64,000 bases of DNA from Acidobacteria bacterium RIFCSPLOWO2_02_FULL_67_21 (GCA_001767195.1 MEKU01000007.1:53488-117487); one strand, 5' to 3'. Positions 39,247-48,857 are shown, counted from the stretch's first letter. Made by a program: numbers and translations. The notes: generated from the letters alone by a model not told the origin.

Positions 39247-39290
39247 GCGGCGTGCTCCTGAAAGAAGGGAAGGTCTGGTGGGTATTGTAC

Positions 39291-39390
39291 TCAGGGATCA
39301 GGGAGCGGGGAACAGGGATCAGGAAATCAGGGATCGGGGGGTCAGGGGGCTAGGGGAAAAATCCCCTTGCTCCCTTGCCCCCTTCTAGAC
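39291..39390. repeat. Degenerate tandem heptamer array (TCAGGGA x ~9) ending in a G-rich/C-rich hairpin with an A5 loop
   Basis: tcaggga tcaggga gcgggga acaggga tcaggaa atcaggga tcgggggg tcaggggg ctagggg aaaaa tcccct tgctccc ttgccccc. Confidence 0.7.
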
Positions 39391-39890
39391 GGTGCCGCTG
39401 GTCGCCCGCGCCGAGCGAGTAATCCTCGCCGAGCGGCGGCGGAACGTCGAAGGTGACCTGGTCCAGGCCGCTTCTCGGATTCGGCTGGCCGTCGTAGTAC
39501 CACCCGAGGCCGTAGGTCGCCGACGCCTGCCACCGATCGCTGAAGCGCTTGGTGACCGACATGTCGGCCGCATGCCGGTTGTTCCAGCCCTCGAACACGT
39601 CCATCGGCACGGCCGCCCAGTTCGGGAACGGACGCCGTGAGATGTCGGTCGAGAGCACCCGCTGGACGTTCGCGAACCGAATCGGTGCGCCACCTGGTTG
39701 ATCAGCCAGGAGTAGTACTTCCCGACGCCGCCGCGGACGACCGTCCGGTCGTTCACGCTGTACGCAAAGCCGAAGCGCGGCTGGATGTTGTCGGTGTCGA
39801 GCGGCCGATCCGCCTCGAGGAACGGCTCGACAGCCAGCTCGTCGGCGAACGTGTCGGTCTCGACGTCTGGACGCGACTGATTTGATTCAG
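39350..39890 (-). pseudogene. Relic of a second CarboxypepD_reg/TonB-dependent receptor paralog
   Basis: RPDVETDTFADELAVEPFLEADRPLDTDNIQPRFGFAYSVNDRTVVRGGVGKYYSWLINQVAH, then after a frameshift and deletion, TDISRRPFPNWAAVPMDVFEGWNN..RWQASATY..PLGEDYSLGAGDQRHR. These align to the intact receptor 40919-43840. The relic is truncated at both ends. Confidence 0.75.
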
Positions 39891-39912
39891 GAGCGGAGTA
39901 TCTGGAAGTCTG

Positions 39913-40758
39913 CTACCGGTCGAATGGCAGGTCGAACGCCACGTGCACGGCTTTGTTCCCTTCGCACACCGCGTTCTCCCAGTGCTCTTCCGCCTCGTTG
40001 CGCCCGAGCTCCACGTACAGCTTCCAGGGCTGCGTGTAGACCTTCGGATCCTCAATCGTGGCCACGTAGTCGATGCGGCTCTTGTCCACGAACGTCCATC
40101 GCTCGGTGACCTTCATCGCGTCGCTGTGGAAGCTGCCGACGATGTCGAACCAGCTCTTGTCGTTCTGGTTGGTGACATCGACGACCAGCGTGTTCCCCTC
40201 CCAGCGGCCGCGGGAATCGCCCATCCAGAGCTTCAGGCCGTCGCCGACCGCGGGACGCCCGTCCAGGTACACGACGCGGTAGTGATGGCCGTACTCGTGC
40301 AGCATGACGATCTGATCGGGGAACTGCAGAATGCGCACCTCGCCCTGATACACGATCCGGGGAACGCCTTCCTGCAAGCACCGCGAGACCGGGTCCAGGT
40401 TTTCGGGCTTTGACGGTCCGCGGTGCTGCAGGTTGAGATACTTGGCCCGCTCCTGCGCCCACGGCTGGTACGGAATCATGCCGTCCTTCGGATCGATGAT
40501 CGGCCGCCCGAAGGCCGTCGCCTGGCCGCCGATCCGCGTGTGCTCTTCGCGATCGATGGCGCCGGCCTGGATGCTGTACGTGGTGATGTTGCTGCGCTGG
40601 CTCCAGGAGCCCTGGATGTCAGGCTGGCCGTTCGCCGTCCGTGGTGGATCCCACGGCTTGACCGGGGCCGGCATCGCCTGTCCCGATACGGCGGGTGCCG
40701 TCGCCCAAGCTCCGGCAATTGCGAGCGCAAGAACTGACCCGAGGCAACGGTATCCCAC
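39913..40758 (-). CDS. Secreted hypothetical protein, paralog 2
   Basis: AAGGAG SD before GTG 40758, and a signal peptide. See paralog 1. Confidence 0.7.
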   Translation of the reverse strand: MGYRCLGSVLALAIAGAWATAPAVSGQAMPAPVKPWDPPRTANGQPDIQGSWSQRSNITTYSIQAGAIDREEHTRIGGQATAFGRPIIDPKDGMIPYQPWAQERAKYLNLQHRGPSKPENLDPVSRCLQEGVPRIVYQGEVRILQFPDQIVMLHEYGHHYRVVYLDGRPAVGDGLKLWMGDSRGRWEGNTLVVDVTNQNDKSWFDIVGSFHSDAMKVTERWTFVDKSRIDYVATIEDPKVYTQPWKLYVELGRNEAEEHWENAVCEGNKAVHVAFDLPFDR

Positions 40759-40918
40759 ACCGGCTCCTTTCTGCAGTCGCCTGCACCACCTGTGCTTTCG
40801 CGAGATTTTAGGAGCGCGCCGCAAGGCTGTCAAGCAAGCAGGCCGCCGCCCCGCCGCCTGGTGGGTGGGCGGGTCCGCCGGAGACTCGGTCGCAACGACC
40901 GGCGGACCCGCCGAGGAT

Positions 40919-43840
40919 CTAGAACGCGAAGCGGAGCCCCACCTGCATCATGCGCGGCTGGTAGGCCACGTTCGGGTTGTACGTCGGCCGGCCGTAGTTC
41001 CGGTTGCTTTCCGCCGTGGTGTACGACCCGAAGTTTTCGTGATTGAAGATGTTGAACACCTCGATCATGCCGTCGATGGTCGCACGGCCGACGAGCCTGG
41101 TGCGCTTCATCAACCGCAGGTCCACGCGCTGCAGCGGGTCGCCCACGAGGTTGTTGCGCGGCGTCACGCCGCCGCCGGCGCTCGCCGGCCTGGCGCGGGT
41201 GCTCCCGGTCGTGGTCCCGGTGTTCAACGCATCGCCGCCGTACGTGGTGGCGAACCGCTGGCCGGAGCCGAAGAAGTAGAGTCCGCTCAGCTGGAGTCCG
41301 TACGGCAGCTGCCAGATGCCGTTGAAGACCGCCCGGTGCCGCTGATCGGACGCCGCCAGGCCGTACTGCTCACCCAGTGGATCCGCAACGGCAAACGGGA
41401 TGGTCCCCATGACGCCGCTCCACGGCTCCGGGGTGCCGTCCCGGAATGCCGAGATCGTGTACGTCGCCGACGCCTGCCAGTTGCTGCTCATCCGCTTCGT
41501 CAGCGCGACATCGACCCCGTGGAAATTGCTCCATCCGTCGAATCGGTCCATCGGCACCTGGCCCCACGCCGGGTAAGGGCGCCGGCTGATGTCCGCGAAG
41601 CGGTAGTTCAGCTGCGTCTCTGGGTTGAAACTCAGATTGATGTTGTAGCCGGTGACGCGCGTCTGGCGCTCGCCGGTGTACGCATAGTCCACCGACACGC
41701 CGAGCGTCTCGCCGAGCTGCCGCTGCATACCGATCGACGCCTGGTAACTGTAGGGCGTCTCGGCGTCGGGCGGCACGATCGTCTGGCCGAGGGCCCGCCG
41801 GATGCAGCCGGGCACGAAGTTGACGTTGCAGAACGCCTGCTCGAGGTCCTCAGCCTTGGGCAGCGGGCCGTTCCAGGGGTTCACGGCAAAGTCGGCCCGG
41901 CCATCGTTGAACACCGAGAGCACGCGCTGCACGTTGGCGAACCGCACCGGGTGCGCCGTCTGGTTCAGGAGCCACGCGTAGTACTTGCCGGCGCCGCCGC
42001 GAATCACCGTCCGGTCGTTGAGGCTGTAGGCAAACCCGAGCCGCGGCACGAAGTTGTCGGTGTCGTTCGGCCGACCCGCCGGCAGGAACTCCGCCACGCC
42101 CAGCTCGTTCGCGAAGACGTCGGTCTCGAAGTCGTACCGCAGGCCGATGTTGACCGTCAGGCGCGACCCGATGCGCCAGTCGTCCTGGAACCAGCCGCCA
42201 AAGATGTTCCGCGGGCTGTGAATGATGCAGTTGCCGAACGAGGCGCGGTACTCGCGGGCAATCGGCGAGAGGGCCGCGATGTTGAAGGTGCTCGGATCGT
42301 TCCACACCGGGAAGAGCTGCTCGATGTTGGCGGGAATCGGCCCCGCATCGACGAACAGATTTCCGCGCAGCGTATTGCACCAGTCGTGCCACGTCAGGTA
42401 CTTGAGGTATTCGCCGCCGAACCGGAGGTCGTGCCGCCCACCGGCATCCATGGCGAACGTGAAGTCGTCGCGCAGCGTGTACACGTCCTGGCCGATGTTC
42501 TGCGGGAAGTTGGCCCCGCCGCCGATGTTGAAGCCCCGGAAGGTGAAGACCGGCATGTACTGGCTCTGATTAGCCACCGGATTCCGCGCGCCGTTGAGCG
42601 GCAGACTGCTTCCCCACGCCTTGATGTTGGGATCCTGCAGCCACCGGTTCGCCGCCCAGCCGACCTTGATCTCGTTGAACGCACGATTGCTGAGGATCTG
42701 GGTGAACGTGCCTTGCACCGCCTCGGCGTACTTGTCGTTCGAGATCTGGTTGATCGGATGGTTGGACGATCCGCCGATCGTCCCCTGCGTGCTGTCAATC
42801 GGCGTGAAGTCGCGCCACAGCCAGCTCGAGACGCTCATGCGCAACGCCGAGGACAGCTGCGCGTCGAGGCGCAACGTCGGTTTGTGCTGCTTGCGGTTGT
42901 TCGGCAGGTCGATGTTGAAGCTCGGGTACGGGGTGTCGTGTGTCACCGTGGCCGGCTCGCGCTCGTACTCGTAGTTGAAGAAGAAATGCATCCGATCGCG
43001 GCGGATCGGCCCGCCCGCGGTCGTGCTGATCTGCTGGTTCGAGTACGGCAGCACCCGCTGCTGAATGAAATCCTCGGCGTTCATGCTGTCGTTCCGGAAG
43101 TATCCCGACAGCGTCCCGGACGGCGTATTCGTCCCGGACTTGGTGATCACATTCACCTGCACGCCCGACGAACGCCCCTGCGTGGCGTCGAAGCGATTGG
43201 AGATGAACTGGAACTCCGCGATCGCGTCGCGACTGAAGCCCGGCTGGCGCCCCTCGGTGCCGCAGCAATTGTTGGTGACCTGCAGGCCGTCGATGTTCAA
43301 CTGCACCGTGCCGAGCCCTGTCGTCACGGGCAGCCCGCCGGCGTTCGAATGGTTCGCACGCGAGCCGGGCGCCATCAGCGTCAGGTCCAGAAAGTTGCGC
43401 CCGTTCACCGGCAGCTCCGAGAGCTGCCGCGAGTCGATGTTGCCGCCGAGCTGTGAGGAGGTCACATTGACGAGCGGTGCCTCGCCGGTCACCGTCACCG
43501 TCTCCTGCACCGTCGACGGCGCCAGTTGCAGGTTGACCAGCGCCTGCTGGCCGACAAGCACGGTGAGCCCGCTCCGTACGACGTTCGCAAAGCCTGGAAG
43601 CTGCGCCGTCATCCGGTACACGCCGACGCGCACCGGAATGCGATAGAGGCCGCGCTCGTCAGTGATGCCTTCGAAGGTGTTGCCGGTTGCCTCGTGTACC
43701 GCCACGATGGTCACGCCGGGCAGCACGGCGCCCGTGGAGTCGGTCACCGTCCCGCCGATCGTCGCCTCCTGCGCGTAGCCGGCTGCCGGCAGCACCGCGA
43801 CGGCCGCGACCGCGAATATCCACCGAAATGCACGTCCCAT
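40919..43840 (-). CDS. TonB-dependent receptor-like outer-membrane protein with an N-terminal carboxypeptidase-regulatory-like domain
   Basis: AAGGAG SD before ATG 43840, and a signal peptide. GTVTDSTGAVLPGVTIVAVHEATG...RGLYRIP (CarboxypepD_reg), a plug-like region (LPVNGRNFLDL) and a C-terminal beta-barrel ending in F. Confidence 0.8.
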   Translation of the reverse strand: MGRAFRWIFAVAAVAVLPAAGYAQEATIGGTVTDSTGAVLPGVTIVAVHEATGNTFEGITDERGLYRIPVRVGVYRMTAQLPGFANVVRSGLTVLVGQQALVNLQLAPSTVQETVTVTGEAPLVNVTSSQLGGNIDSRQLSELPVNGRNFLDLTLMAPGSRANHSNAGGLPVTTGLGTVQLNIDGLQVTNNCCGTEGRQPGFSRDAIAEFQFISNRFDATQGRSSGVQVNVITKSGTNTPSGTLSGYFRNDSMNAEDFIQQRVLPYSNQQISTTAGGPIRRDRMHFFFNYEYEREPATVTHDTPYPSFNIDLPNNRKQHKPTLRLDAQLSSALRMSVSSWLWRDFTPIDSTQGTIGGSSNHPINQISNDKYAEAVQGTFTQILSNRAFNEIKVGWAANRWLQDPNIKAWGSSLPLNGARNPVANQSQYMPVFTFRGFNIGGGANFPQNIGQDVYTLRDDFTFAMDAGGRHDLRFGGEYLKYLTWHDWCNTLRGNLFVDAGPIPANIEQLFPVWNDPSTFNIAALSPIAREYRASFGNCIIHSPRNIFGGWFQDDWRIGSRLTVNIGLRYDFETDVFANELGVAEFLPAGRPNDTDNFVPRLGFAYSLNDRTVIRGGAGKYYAWLLNQTAHPVRFANVQRVLSVFNDGRADFAVNPWNGPLPKAEDLEQAFCNVNFVPGCIRRALGQTIVPPDAETPYSYQASIGMQRQLGETLGVSVDYAYTGERQTRVTGYNINLSFNPETQLNYRFADISRRPYPAWGQVPMDRFDGWSNFHGVDVALTKRMSSNWQASATYTISAFRDGTPEPWSGVMGTIPFAVADPLGEQYGLAASDQRHRAVFNGIWQLPYGLQLSGLYFFGSGQRFATTYGGDALNTGTTTGSTRARPASAGGGVTPRNNLVGDPLQRVDLRLMKRTRLVGRATIDGMIEVFNIFNHENFGSYTTAESNRNYGRPTYNPNVAYQPRMMQVGLRFAF

Positions 43841-44088
43841 TCTGGCGCTCCTTCCGTAGGCCTTTCGTTGTGAGCCAGCCGACGTTCCATGACGAATCCG
43901 GGGCGAATGATGGCGCTGCGGTCGAGACAGCGTCTGTTTACGCCTCTGGGAGGGCGCGCGCAATACAGTTGTTCTTCAGCGGAAACTCAGGGTTCTGACT
44001 GTGCGGAATTACCGGATGCGTGGCGGGGTGACTCCGGTCAGGACCGGAGACTCATGGGCGGCGGAGGGGAGAGCGAGTCTGGGCCGGG

Positions 44089-44937
44089 CTATCTGGCCTG
44101 CTTGGCAGCCTGGCTCTCGAGCCAGAGCTCCATCGACTTGTTCCCCTCGACGCAGGCGTCCTCCCACTGTTCGTACCCGCGCTCCGCACGGGCAAACCCG
44201 CGGATCCTGATCGTCCACGGACGCGTGAACGCCTTCGGGTCCGTCATCGTCGCCTCGTAGCCAATCGTCTTGGGGTCGTTGAACGTCCACCGCTCAACCA
44301 CCCGCATCGCGTCGCTATGGATGCCGCCGACGATGTCGAACCAGGTCCTGTCGTTGAGGTTCGTCACGTCCACCACGAGCGTGTTGCCGTCCCACCGCCC
44401 CCGGGAATCGCCCATGAAGAGCTTGACCGTTTCCGGAAGCCTCGGCCGGGTATCGAGCGGGATCACGCGGTACACGTGCTGGAACTCGTGAATCATGACG
44501 ACGTAGCCCGGCGGCTGGACGATCCGGATCACGTTGCCCCCCTGGTAGTTGACACGGGGCACACCCGAGGGGAAGCAGCCGCGCGTCATCGGATCGATGT
44601 AGTCGACGCTCGGCGCGTCGGTGTGCTTCTCGAAGATGTCCTGGCGCCGGGCCGCGGCCCACGGCTGATACGGAATCTTGCCGTCAGGCGGGTCGACGAC
44701 GAGGCCTTTCGCGTCGGTAATCTGGCCGGTGATCTGGAGGTGCACGCGGCGATGGTCGTCGCCCCCCTCAATGCTGTACGTGGTCGCGCCGCCGCGGCCC
44801 GTGTAGACGCCTTCGACGTCCGGTTGTCCGTCGGCCCGGCGCGGCGGATCCCACGACGTCGCCTGCGTCTGCGCCGCGGCCAGTCCGGGCGCGCCCAGCG
44901 CAATCACGACCGTGAGCACAGCGAACAACCGACCCAT
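44089..44937 (-). CDS. Secreted hypothetical protein, paralog 3 (more divergent)
   Basis: AAGGAGG SD before ATG 44937, and a signal peptide. Retains DSRGRWDGNTLVVDVTNLNDRTWFDIVGGIHSDAMRVVERWTF. Confidence 0.7.
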   Translation of the reverse strand: MGRLFAVLTVVIALGAPGLAAAQTQATSWDPPRRADGQPDVEGVYTGRGGATTYSIEGGDDHRRVHLQITGQITDAKGLVVDPPDGKIPYQPWAAARRQDIFEKHTDAPSVDYIDPMTRGCFPSGVPRVNYQGGNVIRIVQPPGYVVMIHEFQHVYRVIPLDTRPRLPETVKLFMGDSRGRWDGNTLVVDVTNLNDRTWFDIVGGIHSDAMRVVERWTFNDPKTIGYEATMTDPKAFTRPWTIRIRGFARAERGYEQWEDACVEGNKSMELWLESQAAKQAR

Positions 44938-45062
44938 CACCTGACCTCCTTCGTGCGGCCCGGCTGCGCGGGGGAATGAAATGCCGGGAGCCTGCTTCGC
45001 GTATACGAATAGTACAATAGGGCTCCGCTCCAGCAAGGACATATCTCCGGATCTCAACCAGC

Positions 45063-47351
45063 ATGCATCGATGCCCCGGCCGAGTGCGCCTGACCTGTAC
45101 GACTGTCCTGCTGACGGCGGTTGCTGCCGCCGCGGCGGCACAGGGCCCGCAGATCGCTGGCATCGAAGGTCCGCCGCCTCCTGCCCCGCCCGACACGATC
45201 GCCCGCGACGAACAGGGCCGTGCCACCGTCCGGGCGACGCGGCTGACGGCGCCGCTCCGCCTCGACGGACGCCTCGACGATGAAATCTATGGAGTGGTGC
45301 GGGGCGCCGGCGGCTTCATCCAGCAGGAACCGCGCGAGGGGCAGCCGGCCACGGAGCAGACCGAGATCTGGATCTTCTTCGACGACAGGAACGTCTATGT
45401 CGCCGCGCGCTGCTGGGACAGCGGCGACCCCGCGCAGTGGGTGGTCAACGAGCTGCAGCGCGACGGCGACGTGACGCAGAACGAAAGCCTCTCGATTCAG
45501 TTCGACACGTTCTACGACCGCCGGAACGGCGTCTTCTTCCAGTCTTCGCCCGCCGGCGCGCTGCGCGATCAGGCGTTCACCGACGAGGGGAACCAGAACC
45601 TCAGCTGGAACGCCGTCTGGGACGTCCGCGCGGCGCGGTTCGACGGCGGGTGGTCGTACGAAATGGTCATCCCGTTCAAGTCGCTGCGCTATGCGGAATC
45701 GGGACCACAGGTCTGGGGCGTGCAACTGCGCCGCATCGTCAAATGGAAGAACGAGGTCTCGTTTCTGACGCGGGTACCGAATGCGTACGGCATGCAGGGG
45801 CCGTTCTATGCCTCGGTCTTCGGCACGCTGGTCGGCCTGGAGACGCCCGCCCGGTCCGTGAACCTCGACGTCAAGCCGTATCTGGCCTCGGCGCTCACGA
45901 CGGATCGCGCGGCGGCTGCACCCTACAGCAATGACTTCTCGCCGAACGCCGGATTCGATATCAAGTACGGCCTCTCCCGCAGCCTGACGGCCGATGTCAC
46001 CTACAACACGGACTTCGCGCAGGTCGAAGAGGACGTACAGCAGGTGAACCTCACGCGCTTCAGCCTGTTCTTTCCAGAAAAGCGCGAGTTCTTCCTCGAG
46101 GGGCAGGGCATCTTCGCGTTCGGGGGCGCCAGCGTGACCGGGTTTGGCGGCGGGACCGCGGCCAACGACGTGCCGATCCTCTTCTTCAGCCGCCGCATCG
46201 GGCTCAGCCAGGGGCAGGCGGTGCCGGTCGTCGCCGGCGGGCGCGTCACGGGCAAGGCGGGCGCCTTCAGCCTCGGCGCGCTCAACATCTCCACCGACGA
46301 CAAGCCGTCGGCCCGCGCGCTGGCCACCAGCTTCAGCGTGCTCCGGCTGAAGCGCGACGTGCTGCGGCGGAGCGCCGTCGGCCTGATCGCCGCGCACCGG
46401 TCCCGCACCATGGCCGACACCGGGTCGAACCTGACGCTCGGCGTGGACGCGAACCTGCAGTTCTTCCGGAACGTGTCCGTCACGAGCTACGTCGCACGGA
46501 CCGACACAGCGGGGCTCCGCGGCGACGACACGAGCTACCGCGCGCAGTTCGACTACGCCGCCGATCGGTACGGCGTGATGGCGGAGCGGGTGATGGTCGG
46601 CGAGCACTTCAATCCGGAAGTCGGGTTCACGCGGCGCACCGATTTCAGGCGCGACAGCGCGCTGCTGCGGTTCAGCCCGCGGCCGGGCGGGAGCCGCGCG
46701 GTCCGCAAGTACACCTGGCAGGCCACCTATGACTACGTCACCGACGCCGCGGGGGCGAGCCTCGAGAACCGGGATATCAAGGGAACGTTCCGGACCGACT
46801 TCAACAGCAGCGACAGCTGGTCGGTCGACTACACGCGCTCGCTGGAACAGCTCCCGACGCCGTTCGAGATTTCGCCAGGCGTCAGGCTGCCCGCAGGCGC
46901 CTATCGGTACCAGTTTGCCCGCACGCAGTACGGCTTCGGGCAGCAGCGGATCCTGTCGGGCCGCCTGTCGGCCTCCCGCGGGTCGTTCTACAACGGGGAC
47001 CGGACGGAGTTCGGCATCGGCGCCGGCCGCGTCAACCTGTCGCCGCATTTCTCGGTGGAGCCCAGCCTCACGCTGAACTGGGTCGATCTGCCGCAGGGCC
47101 GCTTCACACAGCGCCTGATCACCGCGCGAACCATCATCATGCCATCGCCGCGTATGGCGATCAGCAGCCTCGTCCAGTACAACGCCACGAACAGCACGCT
47201 GAGCTCGAGCGCGCGCCTCCGCTGGGAGTACACGCCGGGCAGCGAGCTGTTCGTCGTGTACAGCGAAGGGCGCGACACGCTCACGCGCGGCACGCCCGAG
47301 CTGCTGAATCGATCGTTTATCGTGAAGATCACCCGCCTGCTGCGGTTCTAG
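45063..47351 (+). CDS. CBM9-like / DUF5916 family outer-membrane-associated protein
   Basis: Signal peptide. The N-terminal region (FIQQEPREGQPATEQTEIWIFFDDRNVYVAARCWD...) and the long beta-rich C-terminus are as remembered for DUF5916 proteins. Confidence 0.6.
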   Translation: MHRCPGRVRLTCTTVLLTAVAAAAAAQGPQIAGIEGPPPPAPPDTIARDEQGRATVRATRLTAPLRLDGRLDDEIYGVVRGAGGFIQQEPREGQPATEQTEIWIFFDDRNVYVAARCWDSGDPAQWVVNELQRDGDVTQNESLSIQFDTFYDRRNGVFFQSSPAGALRDQAFTDEGNQNLSWNAVWDVRAARFDGGWSYEMVIPFKSLRYAESGPQVWGVQLRRIVKWKNEVSFLTRVPNAYGMQGPFYASVFGTLVGLETPARSVNLDVKPYLASALTTDRAAAAPYSNDFSPNAGFDIKYGLSRSLTADVTYNTDFAQVEEDVQQVNLTRFSLFFPEKREFFLEGQGIFAFGGASVTGFGGGTAANDVPILFFSRRIGLSQGQAVPVVAGGRVTGKAGAFSLGALNISTDDKPSARALATSFSVLRLKRDVLRRSAVGLIAAHRSRTMADTGSNLTLGVDANLQFFRNVSVTSYVARTDTAGLRGDDTSYRAQFDYAADRYGVMAERVMVGEHFNPEVGFTRRTDFRRDSALLRFSPRPGGSRAVRKYTWQATYDYVTDAAGASLENRDIKGTFRTDFNSSDSWSVDYTRSLEQLPTPFEISPGVRLPAGAYRYQFARTQYGFGQQRILSGRLSASRGSFYNGDRTEFGIGAGRVNLSPHFSVEPSLTLNWVDLPQGRFTQRLITARTIIMPSPRMAISSLVQYNATNSTLSSSARLRWEYTPGSELFVVYSEGRDTLTRGTPELLNRSFIVKITRLLRF

Positions 47352-47352
47352 A

Positions 47353-47431
47353 AGGCGGGGCTGAAGCCCCGCCTCTACGGCACCTCTACGGCATATTCCT
47401 CTTTCGGAGAGGCGGACCTTCAGGTCCGCCT
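47353..47431. repeat. Family-B double hairpin, copy 2
   Basis: aggcggggctgaagccccgcct (47353-47374) and aggcggaccttcaggtccgcct (47410-47431). Confidence 0.75.
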
Positions 47432-47579
47432 GAACCGGGGAATAGCTCTTGCGTTTCTCCATGCGCTGGCCATGACGGATCCCTCGACGATCGTCGAGTA
47501 CGGCGCGCCGATCGACCCGAAGGTCATGATCGAGCCGCCCGATCCCGACACGTAATTCCCGTGCTATAACCGCCGCACG

Positions 47580-48857
47580 GTGAGCAACGCGCGGCGCGTC
47601 GCGCTGGCCAGCGCGGTCGGCACGACGATCGAGTGGTACGACTTCTTCATCTACGGTACGGCGGCGGCGGTCGTCTTCGCGCCGCAGTTCTTTCCCCAGA
47701 TCTCGCCGCTCGCCGGCACGCTCGCCTCCTTCGCCACCTTCGCCATCGGGTTCGTCGCGCGGCCGCTCGGCGGCATCGTCATGGGCCATCTGGGCGATCG
47801 CGTGGGACGGCGCTCGACGCTCGTCTGGTGCCTGATGCTGATGGGAGGCTCGACGCTGGCCATCGGGCTGCTGCCGAACTACGCCACGATCGGCCTCTGG
47901 GCCCCGATCCTGCTGGTGGCGTGCCGCTTCGTTCAGGGGTTCGCGCTCGGCGGTGAATGGGGCGGCGCAGTGCTGATGTCGGTCGAGCACGCCCCGCGCC
48001 ATCGCCGCGGCTATTACGGCAGCTTCGTCGCCCTGGGGCTGCCGGCGGGGATCATCCTCTCGAATCTCGTCTTCCTGCTCGCCTCGACGCTGGTGACGCC
48101 CGCCGAGTTTGCGGCGTGGGCGTGGCGCGTGCCGTTCCTCGCCAGCGTGGTCCTCGTGGCGGTCGGGCTGTACGTCCGGCTCGGGCTCGCGGAAAGTCCG
48201 GTCTTCGAGGCGGCGCTCCGTGCCGGCGCCCCCCGGCGCCTTCCCGTCGTCGACGTCCTGCGGACCAACGGGCACACGGTGCTGCTGGCGGCCGGCAGCT
48301 ATCTCGCCATCAGCGCACTCGGCTACCTGGTCATCGTCTACTTCGTCTCGTACGCGACCGGCGAGCTCGGGTTCCCGCTGACCACGACGCTCGGGCTGCT
48401 GCTCGTGGCGGCGGTGGCGTTTGCCTGCTCGATTCTCGCCTTTGCGGTCTGGTCCGACCGGCTCGGCCGGCAGCGCATCATGCGGTGGAGCAACGCCGCG
48501 CTCATCCTCTGGGCGCTCCTGTTCTTTCCGCTGATCGACACGCGCTCGGTGCTGCTCGCCGGCGTGGCCGTGTGCGGGATGCTGCTCGCCCAGGGCGCCT
48601 ACATCGGGCCGCAGGCGGCGGTCTTCGCGGAGCTCTTTCCGACGGCCGTGCGCTATAGCGGCGTGTCGCTGAGCCTGACGCTCGGCACCATCTTCGGGGG
48701 CGCAATTGCCCCGTTCGTGGCCACCGCGCTCTTCAGCGCAACGGGCCGGTCGACGCTCGTGACGATCTACGGCGCGACGCTCGCGGTCATCTCGTGGTTG
48801 TGCGTGCGCGGGCTCACCGAAACGTATCGGCGGGATCTGACCGAAGCGCAGTCCTAA
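47580..48857 (+). CDS. MFS transporter, metabolite:H+ symporter (MHS) type
   Basis: GTTIEWYDFFIYGTAA and GHLGDRVGRR are motifs typical of ProP/KgtP-like MHS carriers. GTG start. Confidence 0.8.
   Translation: MSNARRVALASAVGTTIEWYDFFIYGTAAAVVFAPQFFPQISPLAGTLASFATFAIGFVARPLGGIVMGHLGDRVGRRSTLVWCLMLMGGSTLAIGLLPNYATIGLWAPILLVACRFVQGFALGGEWGGAVLMSVEHAPRHRRGYYGSFVALGLPAGIILSNLVFLLASTLVTPAEFAAWAWRVPFLASVVLVAVGLYVRLGLAESPVFEAALRAGAPRRLPVVDVLRTNGHTVLLAAGSYLAISALGYLVIVYFVSYATGELGFPLTTTLGLLLVAAVAFACSILAFAVWSDRLGRQRIMRWSNAALILWALLFFPLIDTRSVLLAGVAVCGMLLAQGAYIGPQAAVFAELFPTAVRYSGVSLSLTLGTIFGGAIAPFVATALFSATGRSTLVTIYGATLAVISWLCVRGLTETYRRDLTEAQS

Noticed and set aside
39291-39390. Possible CRISPR array, considered because of the short tandem repeats here and in the G-rich tracts
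   Set aside because: The units are 7 nt with no intervening unique spacers of 25-40 nt. No cas genes are present. These are microsatellite or hairpin repeats, not CRISPR.
40433-43456. A 1007-aa ORF on the plus strand
   Set aside because: It is antisense to the TonB-dependent receptor, which has an SD, a signal peptide and family motifs. The ORF's composition is Arg/Ala/Val/Pro-rich low complexity.
47472-47555. A 27-codon ORF (MTDPSTIVEYGAPIDPKVMIEPPDPDT) upstream of the MHS transporter, considered as a possible leader peptide
   Set aside because: It has no SD, no recognisable regulatory codon pattern and no attenuator-like alternative hairpins. This is too weak to call.
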